A DNA stretch of 64,000 nt. Origin: Octopus sinensis. Lineage: Eukaryota. The translations under genes and the position numbers were made by a program. Location: NCBI RefSeq assembly GCF_006345805.1, contig NC_042999.1, forward strand, positions 57,536,001-57,600,000, given 5' to 3'. Under the pieces are notes generated by a model. The model saw only the letters and a list, made by a program, of their open reading frames with translations, was not told the DNA's origin and searched no databases. This document shows positions 23,825 through 36,624 of the stretch, in pieces; within the stretch, counting starts at the first letter, position 1; each line of letters starts with the position of its first letter.

Positions 23825-26250
23825 GTGAGTACCTTTACTATTTTTCTCTTTTTTTTTTTTTTGATGCATGGGAGAATTGAAAAAAAATCCATGTTAAATC
23901 CTTATAAATGTATTAATATTGGTTAAGGTAATTGACATTTCATTAAAAAATACATTTTTATAGCAAATTAGAGGAAGAATATCACCACCCATAATCTTTC
24001 TCAGGGCCTCCAAGATTAGTGGCAGGAAAATATACGAAGAAACTGGAAATCTGGTTTGAATTATTGCAACAGAGTCGAACTTTACTAAAAGTACCTAAAA
24101 GCTAGAAATAGAATTAAGCCAGTAGATAGATTAAGTTTTTACCCAGTTAATTTTCCTGGTATACAGAACAAAAATAATTGCTTTGGTTCTAAAAAGACTA
24201 CCTGTAGTTTAAGGAAGGTTGAATTGTAATTAAACATATGTATGACCAAAAATATAACATAAAGACCTAGTTTTTGGTGATGCAGCTGCACTAATAAAAA
24301 TGTAACTTTAAAATGTAAGGTTTATGGCTTTATAGCTTTTTTCTGGAGATACTCATACAAATAATCTACAACACTGTATGGCAAGATAAGAGCAAGAGTA
24401 CCAAGCCACACTGAACCTATGAACCATTCCCAGGAATCTATGGATCATAACCTGCAAGCTGAGTATTAGCCACATCAACCTCAGCTGTCTGAAAGGGCCT
24501 GAAATGGAAGACACCTACAACAACTTACTTGGTGGCTTTTACCCACCAGTGCAATATCTGCAAAACTACTTTTGGAAAATCAAAATGTTTCTTTGTGCAT
24601 AGTATAAACAAGTTTCCACTGCAGTGGAGCCTACTAGTCTTTGCAAAGAGAGTTTCTACTAACTTTTCAGAAGCCTTTTAACTACCATTCCTCAACCAAG
24701 AGGGCTGAAAAAGCTTCCATGTTAACCTTGTACTTCACCAACTCAGCACTGTATCAGCTCTATAAAACTACTCCATTGTATCAGTCTTGTCACATTTGCA
24801 ATTTCTACATATGAAACACTCTCTGATTACTTTAACCCTGTAAATGATGTCCTTTTCATTACCTTCAAAAGTGCTCAAGAACATTGTTTTATCCTTGGTA
24901 AACTCTTCAATTTATCTGACAGGGACCTATCCTAATTTTTGTAAAGGGGCTACAATGTGTCCCTATACTCATGCCTCTTCTCCCTGCTCAGCAGCCTCTG
25001 CCAAATGCACATAAACTGACATCTTACAAGTCATAGAAACAATTGTTACAACCAATCCTTCCATTTGCTTGTCTCTCTCTCCATTTTTCAGAGACCGCTG
25101 GAATATCGTAGAACCAGAGTTATACTATGAGCTTTTGGCTTTATACCTTTTTATTCTCACCCTTGAAAACTTTAGTGAAAGCAGTGCTATTACAGCTGTA
25201 ATTAAAGCTTCTGGACTTGTATGGCATGAGATCTTCAAGCACAGTTGCTCACCTATGCACTACACTTGTCACATATCTCTAGAATTGGAGGCTTTCTGAC
25301 AAATTGCATTATTGTCTTGTGTGCCAGGATGGATTTCCTTGAGTCAAACTCTGGTGTAGCCCAGTGATTCACCATTCTTAATTCTGTGCATTTATGATTT
25401 AGTTGCAATCAATTCTAAACAAAATACTCTGCTGTGCAGATGATACTATCATTTCTTATCTTTTTCGCATAAGCATTATCTCCATGCAACCTAAATGCTT
25501 TGTGCCAGAACTGCTCTGACTTTATAAGCAGAAATTTTGGGAGCAATCTTCAAAAAGGAAATGAAACAGCACTGTACAAACTACAAGCTTTCCCACCTCC
25601 AGTATTACAACAGAACCTATATGTCTTTACAAAGAGGATTTTTGCTAACTTTTCAAAATCCTTCTAACCATCATCCATCAACCAAAAGGAATGATTCTTA
25701 AAAGCACAAAGACATGTTTTTTATGGATACCAAGTGAACAAATTTGTACTTTGCCCTTTCAGCACTTAAATGACTCCTAACCATGAGAGATCAATGAAGA
25801 TCTCTCATGGTGACTTCATATATCCAAGTTTGCCAAAATTGCATCATAAAGACCAGATTTTCTGTTCAGAGCCAGATAATACTTCAGTCTATATTTTTAA
25901 ATATTTGTAGAAGTTGATCAGAAAATGTAAGGTGGTGCCCATAACATTTGTAACCAGCCTCAGACTTGTGAAACGGATGCAGTAGATGTTCAGTTTGAAC
26001 ATTTATAGGTCAATGCTTGCAAGAAAAGTATGTATAAGGAAGTGGATTCCAAATTGATGCAGTCCTGCTCCTGGAGTTGTGGGACTGGGAGAAGTGTTTA
26101 ATGTAGGGTTGGGAAGAAGAGACAAAATATGTGTGCAAGATGGGATGGAGAAAAATAGAAAAGTACAAAAAAAAACAACAATATTATTTAAATCTTTCAA
26201 ACCCTACTCCACATCAAGCAAGTCCATGTGTGTGAGAGTGAGAGAAAAAT

Positions 26251-26488
26251 CATTATTTACATTATTAATATTTGACAGATATTTGTCCTCATTTTGTTTG
26301 TTGTTAACACAACATTTCAGCTGATATACTCTCCTTCCTTCATCAGGTGTCTTGGGGAAATTTTGAATCTGGGTTCTCATTCCTAAGGTATTTTTCGATG
26401 TTATTATTATTATTACTATTCAGGTCACTGACAGGAATTGAACTCAGAATCTTGGGGTTAGTAGCCCACTCTCTTAACCACCATGCCA
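26251..26488 (-). mobile_element. tRNA-headed SINE with hammerhead-containing tail (copy 1)
   Basis: TGGCATGGTGGTTAAG A box, GAGTTCAATTCC B box, (AAT)n, body, GACAC-CTGATGA..GAAAT-GTT-GTGTT at 26351-26306, GTAAATAAT tail. Confidence 0.7.
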
Positions 26489-26556
26489 TATGTCCGTGGC
26501 ATAGTGGTTAAGAGCACGGGCTACTTCAATTCAAGGCAGCGGCCTGAATAATAATT

Positions 26557-27787
26557 CATTCATTTCATTCATTCATTTCATTTAGCGTCTGTTTTCCATG
26601 CTAGCATGGGTTGGACGGTTCAACTGGGGTCCAGGGAGCCCGAAGGCTGCACCAGGCCAGTCAGATCTGGCAGTGTTTCTACAGCTGGATGCCCTTCCTA
26701 ACGCCAACCACTCCGAGAGTGTAGTGGGTGATTTTATGTGCCACCGACACAGGTGCCAGACGAGGCTGGCGAACGGCCACGCTCGGATGGTGTTTTTTAT
26801 GTGCCACCGACACAGGTGCCAGACGAGGCTGGCAGACGGCCACGCTCGGATGGTGTTTTTATGTGCCACCGACACAGGTGCCAGACGAGGCTGGCGAACG
26901 GCCACGCTCGGATGGTGTTTTTATGTGCCACCGACACAGGTGCCAGATGAGGCTGGCGAACGGCCACGATCGGATGGTGTTTGTTACGTGCCCGCAGCAT
27001 GGAGGCCAGTCGATGCGGTACTGGCTACGGCCACGTTCGGATGGTTTTCTTGTGTGCCACCGGCACTGGTACCACAAAGATACAAATTCCATTGATGTTC
27101 ATCTATTTTGATTTGTTTTGATTGATTTTCACTTGCCTCAACAGGTCTTCACAAGTGTCACAAGAAGGAAGGTATGCACAGGTGGACTGACTACGTCCCA
27201 GGTAGGGGCCACGGGTTATGGCCTGACTAGTCTTGCCGGGTCTTCGGATGGTGTTTTTATGTGCCACCGACACAGGTGCCAGATGAGTTTGGCGAAACGG
27301 CCACAATCGGATGGTGTTTGTTACTTGCCCACAGCACGGAGGCCAGTCGATGCGGTACTGGCTACGGCCACGTTCGGATGGTTTTCTTGTGTGCCACCGT
27401 ACTGGTATCACAAAGATACAAATTCCATTGATGTTCATCTATTTTGATTTGTTTTGATTTTCACTTGCCTCAACAGGTCTTCACAAGTGTCACAAGAAGG
27501 AAGGTATGCACAGGTGGACTGACTACGTCCCAGGTAGGGGCCACGGGTTATGGCCTGACTAGTCTTGCCGGGTCTTCGGATGGTGTTTTTATGTGCCACC
27601 GACACAGGTGCCAGATGAGGCTGGCGAACGGCCACGATCGGATGGTGTTTGTTACTTGCCTATAGCACGGAGGCCAGTCGATGCGGTACTGGCTACCGCC
27701 ACGTTTGGATGGTTTTCTTTCTTGTGTGCCACCGGCACCACAAAGATACAAATTCCATTGATGTTCATCTATTTTGATTTGTTTTGA
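26557..27787 (-). repeat. RTE 3'UTR-derived insertion with nested tandem repeats
   Basis: Four 62-63-bp units at ~26732-26985, then ~2.6 units of ~333 bp (GGATGG anchors at 26910, 27246, 27578). Confidence 0.85.
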
Positions 27788-27881
27788 TAATAATAATAAT
27801 AATAATAATAGTAATAATAATAATAATAATATCATTGAAAAATACTTTAGGAATGAGAACCCATGTTCGAAATTTCCCCAA

Positions 27882-27927
27882 GACACCTGATGAAGGCTGG
27901 AGAATATATCTGCTGAAACGTTGTGTT
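27882..27927 (+). ncRNA. Type I hammerhead ribozyme motif
   Basis: GACAC-CTGATGA-A-GGCTG..CTGCT-GAAAC-GTT-GTGTT; stem III reduced to palindromic ACGT; stem II imperfect. Confidence 0.65.
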
Positions 27928-28285
27928 AACAAACAAAATGAGGACAAATATCTGTCAAATGTAAATAATGTAAATAATGTATATAATTCATTCCTCATCT
28001 TTCAAATATGGAACTGAGAAAAAACATATTTACTAACAGAAAAGTATGCTATTAAAATAAATCATCTTTTACATATATTTTTTGAATCACTCTCTCACCT
28101 TAATTAAACCCCTTACACACATACATACACACAGACACTGACAAACACACACACACACACTCAGTGTGAGTGATATACTTTTAAAGAGGGTGAGAAAGTT
28201 TACCATGAGAAAATGAAAGAGATAGACAAATAGAGAGAAAGAGGCCTTTTCAGTTGCTATCACAGATTCTAAAATTTTAAAATTA

Positions 28286-28449
28286 AGTGAAAATTGTGAC
28301 TGTGTGGTAAGTAGCTTGCTTACAAACTACATGGTTCCGAGTTCAGTCCCACTGCATGGCACCTTGAGCAAGTATCTTCTACTATAGCCTCAGGCCAACC
28401 AAAGCCTTGTGAGTGGATTTGGTAGACAGAAACTGAAAGGAGCCCGTCA
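28286..28449 (+). mobile_element. Family B SINE, 5' half (3' half at ~29795-30000)
   Basis: Homology to 1403-1565; the halves are separated by ~1.3 kb inserted at the central microsatellite. Confidence 0.8.
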
Positions 28450-28469
28450 TATATATATATATATATATA

Positions 28470-29309
28470 TACAAGATAAGAAAATGGAGAAATACATCTA
28501 AATCAAATATCAATTACCAGATAATACTCAATCACATACTTTATTAAACCACCACATAAGAGACTAGTGTTAAACATGAAAAAGCAGAACAAATCAGTGT
28601 ACATAAAGGAATGTACATAAAAAAGTGTACATAAAAGAGTAATGTTGTATAATAAGTAGAATATATATAAAAAAGAGAATATAAATATAAGTAAATATAA
28701 ATATATGTATAGATTACATCTTACAGCTGTTTCGGCCATGTAGATAAGTATGTCTCATTTTACCAATATTAGCCTTTTATGGTAGGTCAATATATAGATA
28801 TAAATGAGACATTTACAAAAATATCATAAGGCCTCTTCGGAGATATACATATACATATGAGTGCATAACCCGGACATACATATGTGCCACTTTGGATCCT
28901 AATGTAAGTGTTATTAATAATATTATGAATGATAATAATGGTAGCATTAATGGTATTGACAACGATAATGATGCTAACTTTAATGACACTTTGGAAATTA
29001 GTAGAAAGTAATATAATGTACTATTGACTATGTATATTTGCATCTAGGTACTAATATGTGTATATTTATTATCACAATATTAAGTTGAAAAACTGAAACA
29101 TTGAATGTGGAACATATATATGTTTACTAATTTATATTATTTATTTACATCATTATGTATATGTATAGGAGTGTGAGAACTGATTTGTTCTGCTTTTTTA
29201 TGTTTAACCCTACAGTCTCTTATGTGGTGGTTTAATAAAGTATGTGATTGAGTATTATCTGGTAATTGATATTTGATTTAGATGTATTTCTCCATTTTCT
29301 TATCTTGTA
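28470..29309. mobile_element. Element with ~130-bp terminal inverted repeats enclosing a hammerhead motif
   Basis: Arms 28470-28597 and 29180-29309 are near-identical reverse complements. Confidence 0.85.
28715..28847 (-). ncRNA. Type I hammerhead motif with long stem II (core U4->C)
   Basis: Minus strand TATATCT-CCGAAGA-GGCC..TGTCTCATTT/AAATGAGACA..GGCC-GAAAC-AGCT-GTA-AGATGTA; palindromic ACAGCTGT stem III. Confidence 0.7.
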
Positions 29310-29481
29310 TTAGTAATTTGTGGTAAATCATTTTACCTTTGCCCATATAATACAGTAAATGAATTGATTGCATCGCAATCCTTAACATTTATGTATTAAC
29401 TTTGTTGGGTACTTCACTAGCAGTATATTGGATATATGTTATCCCATAGAGGGTTGCATTTACAACCCTTATCTCAATTTG

Positions 29482-29517
<36 letters not shown>

Positions 29518-29693
29518 ATATATATTATATATATATATATATATATATGAGGTAGTACCCAAAAGTAACTGGAAACTTTCTCTGTGGGACAAGCCCTTTG
29601 TTGCTCAGGCTTCCGCCGCAAGAGGTCACATGATGCAACCCTCAAGTATATGTTATCCCATGGAGGGTTGCATTTACAATCCCTATCTCAATT

Positions 29694-29755
<62 letters not shown>

Positions 29756-29794
29756 TGTGTGTGTGTGTGTGTGTGTTTGTGTGTGTATGTATGT

Positions 29795-30000
29795 GTGTGT
29801 GTGTTTGTCCTCCCAACATCACTTGACTACTGATGCTGGTGTGTTTATGTCCCCGTAACTTAGCAGTTTGGCAAAAGAGACCGATAGAATAAGTACTAGG
29901 CTTACAAAGAATAAATCTTGGGATTGATTTGCTTGACTAAAGGTGGTACTCCAGCATGGCCACAGTCAAATGATTGAAACAAGTAAAAGAGTAAAGAGTA
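29795..30000 (+). mobile_element. Family B SINE, 3' half
   Basis: Homology to 1585-1785, preceded by (TA)n/(TG)n. Confidence 0.85.
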
Positions 30001-30440
30001 GAGATTTGATGGTGATAAATAGAGATTTAGTGATCTAAAAGTTGAGTCATTTCTTTTATCAAATTATATTTTTGTATTACTATTTATGGAAAACATTGTT
30101 GTTGAGATGCAGATTTTGAAAATGAATTTCATTCTTCTCAATGCTGCACCATTTCAGAGCCTTTTAGGGTAAAACACATATACATAACCATATGCACTTG
30201 TATTTATATAGCAGAAGAGATGGATGGATGGATGGATTTGACTGACAGACAGATGGATAGGCATGCAGGCATGTAGGCAGACAGACAGAGTGATTTTTAA
30301 AGATTTTAGGGTGTGATTTGAGAAAGATTTGCCTGCTATTTCTTCCACATACTTGTAAGGATACTGATAAAGATGACAACTCTCTAAACTCATTTCAAAC
30401 TTTCATTGCTCTAATTAATCTTGATTTCTGTTAATCTCAG

Positions 30441-30615
30441 GTTGTTGTTCAGTGTCAAAGAACAGTCTGAACTGGCTTCTAAATCAAAAGGAAAAAGGTA
30501 AATTTATTACTATTGTCATCGGAGGAGCAGTAGAAGCCCTCAAAGCAAACCCAGGCAGCTTCAAACTAAAAATCAAAAGCCGGAAAGGATTTATCAAGCT
30601 AGCTCTCCAGCATGG
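30441..30615 (+). CDS. MOGAT: MOGAT-like coding exon 2
   Basis: CAG|GT TGT..: (G)CCSVSKNSLNWLL..IVIGGAVEAL..RKGFIKLALQHG; donor GG|GTGAGT; phases fit flanking exons. Confidence 0.95.
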
Positions 30616-30808
30616 GTGAGTCCATATTTTAATTTAACAGAGCATAATGGTTTGATGTACAAATAAGATTGCCAGAAAAGGACAGGCTGTGCTCTTAGTT
30701 CAGAGTGGATATTGTTGTTTAGATCAGCACTGATCTAGGACACTTGGGATTAACAGCATTCCTGTCACAATGATTCTGTCTTTTATACAGGACTACCTTA
30801 TTTAATAA

Positions 30809-30847
<39 letters not shown>

Positions 30848-30920
30848 CTTATGGGAAATTTTTAAAATGATGTTTTTAGAAAAAAGAAACATAGAAAACT
30901 ATTGATTACTTCATTAGAAC

Positions 30921-31227
30921 ATCAAGCTTACAATCATGAGGTTGTGAGTTCAAATCCCGGACTGGGCTGCGTGTTGTGTTCTTGAGCAAGACACTTTATT
31001 TCACGTTGTTCTAATTCACTCAGCTGTAGGAATGAGTTGTGACGTCACAGGTGCCAAGCTGTATCGGCCTATGCCATTCCCTTGGATAACATCAGTGGTG
31101 TGGAAAGGGAAGGCCGGTATACATGGGCGACTGCTGGTCTTCCATAAACAACCTTGCCCGGACTTGTGCCTGGGAGGGTAATTTCTAGGTGCAATCCTAC
31201 AGTCAATCATGACCGAAGGGATCTCAG
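30921..31227 (+). mobile_element. Family C SINE, 5'-truncated
   Basis: Homology to 2883-3206. Confidence 0.85.
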
Positions 31228-33065
31228 ATATTATAACAAAATTGTGTATAATAAATTTGTTTGGACACTCAAGTATTAGTATAGATTTTATAAAGCCTTA
31301 AATTATATTTATAAAACTTCACAGCACATCTAAACATTCCTCGAGGTGCATTGTTTGAAAACCATTTCAGTAGGGAGTGATTTCATGGATATTTGGCTGT
31401 TCTTAACAGATGTGGGGAAACTGTTTTTGTTTTAAGCTGTCTAAGAAATTGTAGAAGCACATCTATGATGATAAAAATTATTTAACCTAACTTTAACCAA
31501 TTTATGAGTATGCAACATGCATAAACTACTGTTTTGATATTAAGGCTTAAACAATTTTTCCTATATAGCTTTTTATAGGTTTCATCAGTGAACAGTTTCA
31601 AATTTGAATGTGGGTAAAATTTCAGCTGCATGTAGAGGTTCATATATCAGCTTGAATGACATAGTTGAAAGTAATGAGAGATAGTAAAAGCATTCAAAAG
31701 GGCTGGAAGCTATAACAAAATGCCTTCCTACACATAAAGCATTTGTGGGATGAATGTAAGCATGAAACACTAGATGTCAAACAGTTAAAAGGGAATTACT
31801 AATGTTGTTGTTGGCCTTTAAAACCAGGATCCATCTTTTGGGCTGTATAGGACAACATTATTTAATGTGTCCTTTACAATTCTAAGGTGGTGGGATATGA
31901 TTAAAGATAGATTTGACTGTTATTTCTAGCTGTTCCAAAAATCACCCTGAGTTCTCTCTTTAGTTTGTATTGATAAGTATTAAATATTTGGAAACAATAT
32001 TATGCAGTTGTACATATTTTAAACATGAAAACTATTTGATTAGGATAGTCACTAATTTTTTTAATTTCACATACAATGCATCTGGGACCATATTATTCAA
32101 TATGGTCGATCAAATTATCTGATATGAAAAGTCGTTTTCACTATGACTCCGCCAAAAATTTCATGCCAGTTGTGCTAATATTATTTTCAGCTTTTCAAAA
32201 TATTTTCTCATCCTTCAGATCACAATCCTAGATTCCCAAACTAATGTTACTTGGATTTGAAATAATGGAAAAGATTTGATTTGGACACAAGTTAATAATA
32301 ACAATCAAGTGTTCTTCCCTTTTCAAGACTGTAGAATGAATGGTTTATGTGAGATTCAGCTGCTATTTCTACCAGGCTCCTTCTGTCTATTGGCTAGAAA
32401 ACTGACTGATTGGTCAGTTGTGTTTTAGTTTCATTAATGACTGATTAGCAATATCTCGTAATAAAGTATTATTTCGAGATAAATACCAAGGACATAAGCC
32501 AGAAGACGATATCTCTATGATATCATCTACAGTCGCTTAGGATGAAATAGACATACAAAAGCAAGGACTGGATATGGGTGAAACACTTTTGTATATAGGT
32601 CTGTTTGACCGAGGCAGACCTCTGGCTAAACAGATCAAGAGAACCTCGGGTTAAACAACAACAGCATTCCATTGTTAACCTATCGACATTATTGCGAACT
32701 TGTCACAAATTTTACTTTAGTAATGTTTAAAGTTGTCTCCCTTGAAACAATTTTTTTTTACTTCGTCGAGATTTTTTTCCAATGTTTCACTCAACTATCA
32801 CCAAATACTTCGTTCTCTTTGCTTACGTTTCTTTACATTCTCAGTTCAAGTCTTGTCGAGTCGCCAACGTCTTTTTCCAATATCACCGTGTGATACTTTG
32901 GATAAGTATTTTTAATCTTAGCATTGAGTCATTTAATGCCTTGTGAATGAAATTTGCTACATGAAAACTGTTCAGTAGCCTGCAAGGATCGTTCATGTCG
33001 CGGAGTAATGAACTTAATCTGTTGTCTAGTTTAACAAGAAGGCAGCGAATTGATAACCTTTAGAG

Positions 33066-34340
33066 CATAGCTTCCCAAAGTGGGTGATATCGCCCAGCAA
33101 TGGGTGATTTCAACTTAGAGGTGGGCGAATGGCTAATTTCTAGAAAATGGTGGGCGATCTGAACATTTTGTAGGTGACAACGAATTTTAGAAAGTAAGTC
33201 TGCATTTGCTTATATCTAGGTATACCTAGAATAAGGATGCACTTACATCGATGTGACTACTCGGATGAGATGTCGGTTTGTATTAAAAAAGCGGACTTGT
33301 TTATTGAATATTTTTGTTGCAGTCATTGAGACGGTTGTCATGTGTACTAAAAATAGCAGCCAAATAGGCCTAAGCTTTAAATCACATTCTACCACAATTT
33401 TTTTTTTTTTGCATAATCGTATGAAATCCGGCATATAGAATTCAAATTCACAAGCATTTTCTGAAAACTCTGAAAAATAAAAAAAGTTATGAGGGGTTAC
33501 AGGCCGTGCATAATTCTGTAGTTTCATATTAAAACACAATTGCTGTTTTCAGGATGTTGACAAAATGTGCAGTCACACACAAAACGACAGCTTTGAAATT
33601 GTGCTTCTTGACTGGGTGAAAATGATCAAACTTCAAACCTCTATAACTCTTTAATAAAACATTTTTCTAGAAAAAGTTGAATAATTCAAGCAATTTAGCT
33701 TGGAAAGCTTATAATAATGTGCCAAACTTTAAAATTTTTGATAAACTTCAATTTTTGAAATGCTGGCAGTCAAACGAACTAGATCTGTATTTGCTCCAGT
33801 AGAGACGTGTCATCCGACTCTACTGTGTTGGATTCTTCTCTTTGGGAATACCATACTGCCTTTCCAATGCTGCCTGCAGAAATTCATTTTCACATTTTTC
33901 TGTTTACTGATGCCTCCAGTCAAGAAAATTTGTCAACAGTACAATAGTGATTATTTATTGTTTGGATTTATTCCCTCTCCTCAGAACTGTCAGTTACCAA
34001 TGTGCCCTTCTTTGCTATCAAACATTGACCAATGAAGCGATGAAACCTTCACGCTTGAAGTATCACTTTGGTGCAAAGCATTCTGACAAGAAGGACAAGC
34101 CGTTATCACACTTTTTGCATCTGAGCTCCTCTTTCAAAAAGCAAATACAAACATTCAGCACACTACTCCAGGAAACTAGGAAACAGGAAAATGATGGGTT
34201 GATTGCATCGTACAACATTGCATTGCTTGTTGCTAAGTCTGGGAAGTCTCATATAATTGGAGAAACGTTACTTTGCCCAGTTTTGAAGAGGTTTTGTCAA
34301 CCGTTATGCACAAAAAACTCAATAACATTATGAAGACAGA
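33066..34340 (+). mobile_element. hAT (Charlie/Buster-like) transposon 5' relic with internal insertions
   Basis: End CATAGCTTCCCAAAGTGGG resembles Charlie TIRs; 33910-34333 encodes frameshifted QYNSDYLLFGFI..PMC..TLTNEAMKPSRLKYH..ASYNIALLVAKSGKSHIIGETL. Confidence 0.75.
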
Positions 34341-34819
34341 AAGAACCATGTTAACACTGACAGCATTGAGTAAATAAGGCAGGAATGTACTTCTGCCAAA
34401 TGCTGAGTAAAAGAGAGGAAGAATTCTGTTAGAGTTTTGTACGTATAATAATTTTCTAGCTAAAGTAAGTCAGGAGAATTAGGTATGTATATATGTATGT
34501 ATATGTGTATGTATGTGTGTATTTATGTTTGTGTGTGTGCGAGTGTGTATGCATGCATTCATGGATATGTTTATCCATGTTTGTGTATACCAGAATAAAT
34601 ATGTTGTTGAGATTTTCAGTTCATGGGCAGGAGGTAACTCTAAAGAGATGTAAACCATGTAGTATCAGATTAAGTGATAAGGTTAACATAATTAAATAAA
34701 CCTTTTAATAGTAGTGCAATGTGTGAGCCTGGTTACAGGACGACTGGGCCAAGGAAGATGTTAAAAAAATAAACCTGTACCATTCAAAAATTATATTTTC
34801 CTGTTTCTCTTTTAAACAG

Positions 34820-35019
34820 AACCCCTCTGATCCCAGTATACTCTTTTGGAGAGAATGATCTTTTTCTGCAGCTGAGTTTTGAGAAACCACAGTGGCTGAA
34901 GTGGCTTCAAGTGAAATTCACAAGATATACTGGTATTGCACCAGTAATCTTCCATGGAAGGGGTATTTTTAACTACACATTTGGAATTGTGCCTTTCCGG
35001 AAACCTGTTAATACTGTTG
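34820..35019 (+). CDS. MOGAT: MOGAT-like coding exon 3
   Basis: CAG|A: TPLIPVYSFGENDLF..FHGRGIFNYTFGIVPFRKPVNTV; donor G|GTAATT. Confidence 0.95.
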
Positions 35020-35313
35020 GTAATTATTAACCCTCTTCCGCCTCTTTCCTTCATGATAGCCATCACATCTTTTTCCACACACAGTGTATTTAGGCTGCAT
35101 TATTTAATCAGGCTCCAGTCTGATCTGGCAGTGTTTCTACAGCTGGATGCCCTTCCTAACGCCAACCACTCCGTGAGTGTATTGGATGCTTTTTACGTGC
35201 CACCAGCACAGAAGCCAGTCAAGGCGGTGCTGGCATCGGCCACGTTCGGATGGTGCTTTTTACGTGCCACCAGCACTGGTACCACAACTACAATTTCCAT
35301 TTGATACTTATTT

Positions 35314-35353
<40 letters not shown>

Positions 35354-35585
35354 GCACTCACCAACATGACCACAGTTAATGTCCTAGACCTGAAAATAAG
35401 CAAGTACTACCCTTATAGGTAGCCCTAGAAAGAAACTGTGCATCCACAGATTTAATTTTCAAAATCTGCATTCCAACAACAAGGTTTTGGTTATTAGTAC
35501 AATTACATACCAGCTATGTGCAAGAGAACACCTGGCATGTAATTGTACATTTGTTTCCAGGTATTGTGTATTGTGTATAAAAAAA

Positions 35586-35667
35586 CATCCTGATGAGGAG
35601 AGTGTCAGTTTCGAATATATGAAATGTTTCATATTAATTGGCGCGTCTCCGAAACGGCCCATAGATG
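35586..35667 (+). ncRNA. Type I hammerhead motif with long stem II
   Basis: CATC-CTGATGA-GGAGAGTGTCAGTT..AATTGGCGCGTCTCC-GAAAC-GGCCC-ATA-GATG; stem I CATC/GATG; 15.2-16.2 pair is a C-A mismatch. Confidence 0.7.
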
Positions 35668-36074
35668 AACAATTTTGTAATTTTTGTATTTTTATTTTTT
35701 CTATCTTTTCTGTATTTTTTCTGGAATATTAATACATCGTTTTAATATGTCCTTTATATGTTTTATTATCCCAAGTTTTTAATTTACCAAATGTTTTATG
35801 ATTTTAAGCGTAAATTCATTGTGTTTTGTATGCAACACTGATTCTTATATATTTATATATTTTATATGATGTTTAATTTATTTGTATATTATTATATTAT
35901 ATTTTTAAACGTGGGACTTTATATCTGTTCTGTAGATATAAATGAATATATGTATGTATTTGATCTTTCTGTGTGGATTTTAGTAATGTTCCTTTTGTTA
36001 CTGCTTGCATTGCTTCCGCTCAGATTAAGAAGTGGTATACATATATATATGTATGTGTCTGTGTATATGTTTGT

Positions 36075-36270
36075 GTGTCTGTGTTTGTCCTCCCAACATC
36101 ACTTGACAACCGATGTCAGTGTGTTTACGTCCCCGTAACTTAGCAGTTCGGCAAAAGAGTCCGATAGAATAAGTATTAGGCTTACAAAGAATAAGTCCTG
36201 GGATTGATTTTTTCGACTAAAGGCGATGCTCCAGCATGGCCACATTCAAATGACTGAAACAAGTAAAAGA
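36075..36270 (+). mobile_element. Family B SINE, 3' half
   Basis: Homology to 1585-1785. Confidence 0.85.
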
Positions 36271-36624
36271 TTATGTTACATTCTGATGTGAAAAGCTGTG
36301 AAATGCTGACACTTCAGGTCACCAGATATGTTAATGATTTAAAAAGAACTGAAATGAATACATGTGTATGGAGGAGGGGTAAGAGTGCGAAAAGGGCAAA
36401 AGTCTGGAATGTAAGGTAAACAGTGAGGAGTTTAAGTTAAAAGAGATAAGAGAAAAGAATGGAGTGGGTATTCTAAAATGACTTAGAATACCACATGTTT
36501 AATAATAAACATGTTGCTGCTTCACTCACAAACCTCTTAGACTCACATTACTGTCAAAAATGGCCATTTAGCTGATTGAAAAAGATTTACTTACCAATCA
36601 CAATAAACATTGACTTATACACCT

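Larger units (their letters stand above)
26497..27979 (+). mobile_element. tRNA-headed hammerhead SINE (copy 2), interrupted at (AAT)n by an insertion at ~26557-27787
   Basis: Head TGGCATAGTGGTTAAGAGCACGGGCTACT..CCTGAATAATAAT; sequence resumes at ~27788 with the same body and tail as copy 1. Confidence 0.65.

Noticed and set aside
24300-25900. Possible ancient LINE or transposase debris in MOGAT intron 1
   Set aside because: Too degraded to find a diagnostic motif.
26421-26488. tRNA-like heads here and at 618, 1403 and 2883 as tRNA genes
   Set aside because: No complete acceptor stem; each continues into a SINE body.
26732-26985. Regularly spaced 62-63-bp repeats suggesting a CRISPR array
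   Set aside because: Units are contiguous with no unique spacers, derive from an RTE 3' UTR, and the context is eukaryotic with no cas genes.
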